A stretch of 55,730 bases of DNA from Octopus bimaculoides (taxonomy: Eukaryota). Location: the NCBI RefSeq assembly GCF_001194135.2, contig NC_068993.1, forward strand, positions 13,292,911 to 13,348,640, given 5' to 3'. The position numbers and the translations under genes are program-made. Below are positions 53,552-55,730 of the stretch, one piece after another; positions within the stretch are counted from its first letter, which is position 1; each line of letters begins with the position of its first letter. The notes under the pieces were generated by a model, which made no database searches, was not told where the DNA came from, and saw only the letters and a program-made list of their open reading frames with translations.

Positions 53552-54739
53552 CTTACTTACTTATCTACAAGTGTATGTATTTATAGAGCTATATATGTCC
53601 CACTATCTATCAATCTCTGTCGCTATCTCTAACTCGCTGTCTGTGTGTGTGTGTGTGTCTTTCTATACTGTACTGTAGTGAAATCGATTAATCAAATGAT
53701 GAACGTAAACTATATAGGAATAGCAATATTGCCCCTGTTATTATTCCTGTTGTAGTGGTTTAACATAGGGCTTTTGATTCGGGAGAGTGTTCGTGTCACT
53801 TCTGGACTGAATTATCATATTCGTGTGTGCTGATGGCGAACGCTGCGGTTGCTATGTTTATAATAGTATCACGTGGGCATGAATATATAAGAATAGCTTT
53901 TATATAAGAATAACTTCGTACATAGGGATAATGTCTCTTATTATTAAATATTACTTTTCATTACTATAAATTAATTTGTAGATGATTGTATTATATCATA
54001 ATATATTACCGTTATATTATGATTGTCCTGTATGTCACTGTCATTGTGACCTTTTTTTCCCCTCTTACATACATTTATATACACAAAGACAAACACGTAC
54101 TTTTAGGGCTGTACACACCAAATCAGAGACAAACAGACAGACACACACACACACACACGTGTGTGTGTGTGTATGTGTTTGTATGTATGTGTATGCATGT
54201 ATATCGTAAAAGTAGATTGGAATTTATCTCCAAACTTATCGGATGTATACAAATCAATTCAAGATACATGAATAAAACAAAACATGTAAATAAATAAGGA
54301 AATAAATAAATAACCGAAATAAAACCGAAATGGGGACAGGACAGCAATAACATTAATACAAAGAAGCAACAAAAATACAGAATTACTAGGAAAAAATAAA
54401 AGGTTTGCTTCATTCTTTATTTATTGATTTTGTTTTGTTCTATATAAAACATCGTGTAATTATTTTTTTTTACTCTTTTTATTGCCTTGATTTGTTAGTT
54501 TATTTCTATCACAAATATTTCCAAATTTGGTTGACAAGAATTTCGTGAATGAGGTTACTGTTATGTGATTCATCAGATCCCAAGAGTTTTCGGTTGCAGT
54601 TATATATAGAAAAAAACAGAGAGACAGAGCGTGGGTGATAAATAATGAGATAGATAGATAGATAGTCAGACAGAAAAGCAACACAGGAGGCGTTTGCAAA
54701 CAGCAGAATTGTGTACATCACATGTAGCAGAGTTTATAT

Positions 54740-55330
54740 ATATTTTCTTTAGAAGTTGACGATTTACTCCGCACTTCTCTAAATTCCTCGTTTGGAATTT
54801 TCTTCTATTTTTGCTTTCAAAACTGCTTCCATTGAAACTCCTTTTCTTCATTTACTTCTCTCAATCTACAACATTTTTGTTTCCCAAAAGTTATGATAGA
54901 TCTTGGAAATTCTCCAAGATTTATTATTTTGAAGTAGCTCTCTTAATTTTTCTCAAAATTTCTCTCTTTCTTTCCAAATTTTACATTCACAGTTTTTAAA
55001 ATACGCCGTCTATTCTCTCAAAATTTCTTCGCTTCTCTTCTCAAAAGTTTTTCACTTCTTTTCACTAAACATCCTTGCCAATATATTCCAGCACTTTCCC
55101 TGACAATTTTCAAATCATATTCTCGACGCTCCTTCACGTATATGCAAGAAATCATTTTTGAAATTACATCGCTCAGACATTTTCACTTAGTCTTCCTTAC
55201 TCTCTACCATTCTTAAAACGATTAAAAATAACTTTTTCTCCAAATCATTCACTATTGCATGCAATACGGTCATCGTTTTGCGCACTGCCTTATTTTCAAT
55301 TATTATATTCATTTCGTTAAGGAACTCAAA
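54740..55330 (-). mobile_element. Possible decayed LINE ORF remnant
   Basis: Strong strand asymmetry (purine-rich minus strand), K/E/R-rich fragmentary peptides (NDFLHIRE.., KIWKERE.., NLEKCGV) loosely like the end of an apurinic endonuclease plus linker. Confidence 0.25.
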
Positions 55331-55687
55331 ATCTTAGATCAATCTCAATACATATTCATAATATAACCGATACAAAAGTAGCTTCACACATATATAAGGG
55401 ATAACATAAACAAAAAAACAACGACATCCACACAAAGAACAAACACAAGCAACAAACCTCACATCGTACACTATCTCTTTATTCCTGCATGATTAATGAG
55501 TGGAGTGACGACAATAGTCTGAAGGTGTCCTCGCTAGTTCAATCTCTCTTTACTGATGGAATTTTAAAGAAGACTGAATTGTTGGTAACGTAAAGTAAAA
55601 AGTAACAAAAACAACTTTCCTATTTCTCTTTGTATGCACGCGCACTTACACACGCGCACACACATATAAATGTTGGACGTGCACTGA

Positions 55688-55730
<43 letters not shown>

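Overview
AT-rich, extremely microsatellite-dense animal genomic DNA from a gapped draft assembly (11 N-runs, most bordered by simple repeats). No confident host protein-coding gene, rRNA, true tRNA or CRISPR array is present. None of the listed ORFs is a credible intact gene: most are simple-repeat translations or run through gaps, and one (10216..10422) runs into a retrotransposon fossil. The recognisable content is retrotransposon-derived: (A) a ~450 bp tRNA-headed SINE with an internal (TA)n(TG)n tract, 7 copies plus a fragment; (B) a ~200-260 bp tRNA-headed SINE with a shared head/body and three alternative 3' tails, about 18 copies; two further tRNA-headed SINE types (C, D); a decayed R4/Dong-type (RLE) non-LTR retrotransposon next to a (TAA)n tract; three Penelope-like terminal-repeat fragments carrying a degenerate minimal hammerhead-ribozyme motif; a structured ~520 bp element embedded in (TAA)n; and several very decayed LINE-like remnants. 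The repeat families and SSR load look like an octopus (coleoid cephalopod) genome; this is pattern recognition, not a database result. The best leads are the hammerhead-bearing repeats, the modular SINE system (shared module between A and B, swapped tails), the structured TAA-embedded element, a ~240 bp local duplication lodged between (GGT)n tracts, and two weak candidate exons. I found no strong evidence of a wholly new biological system.
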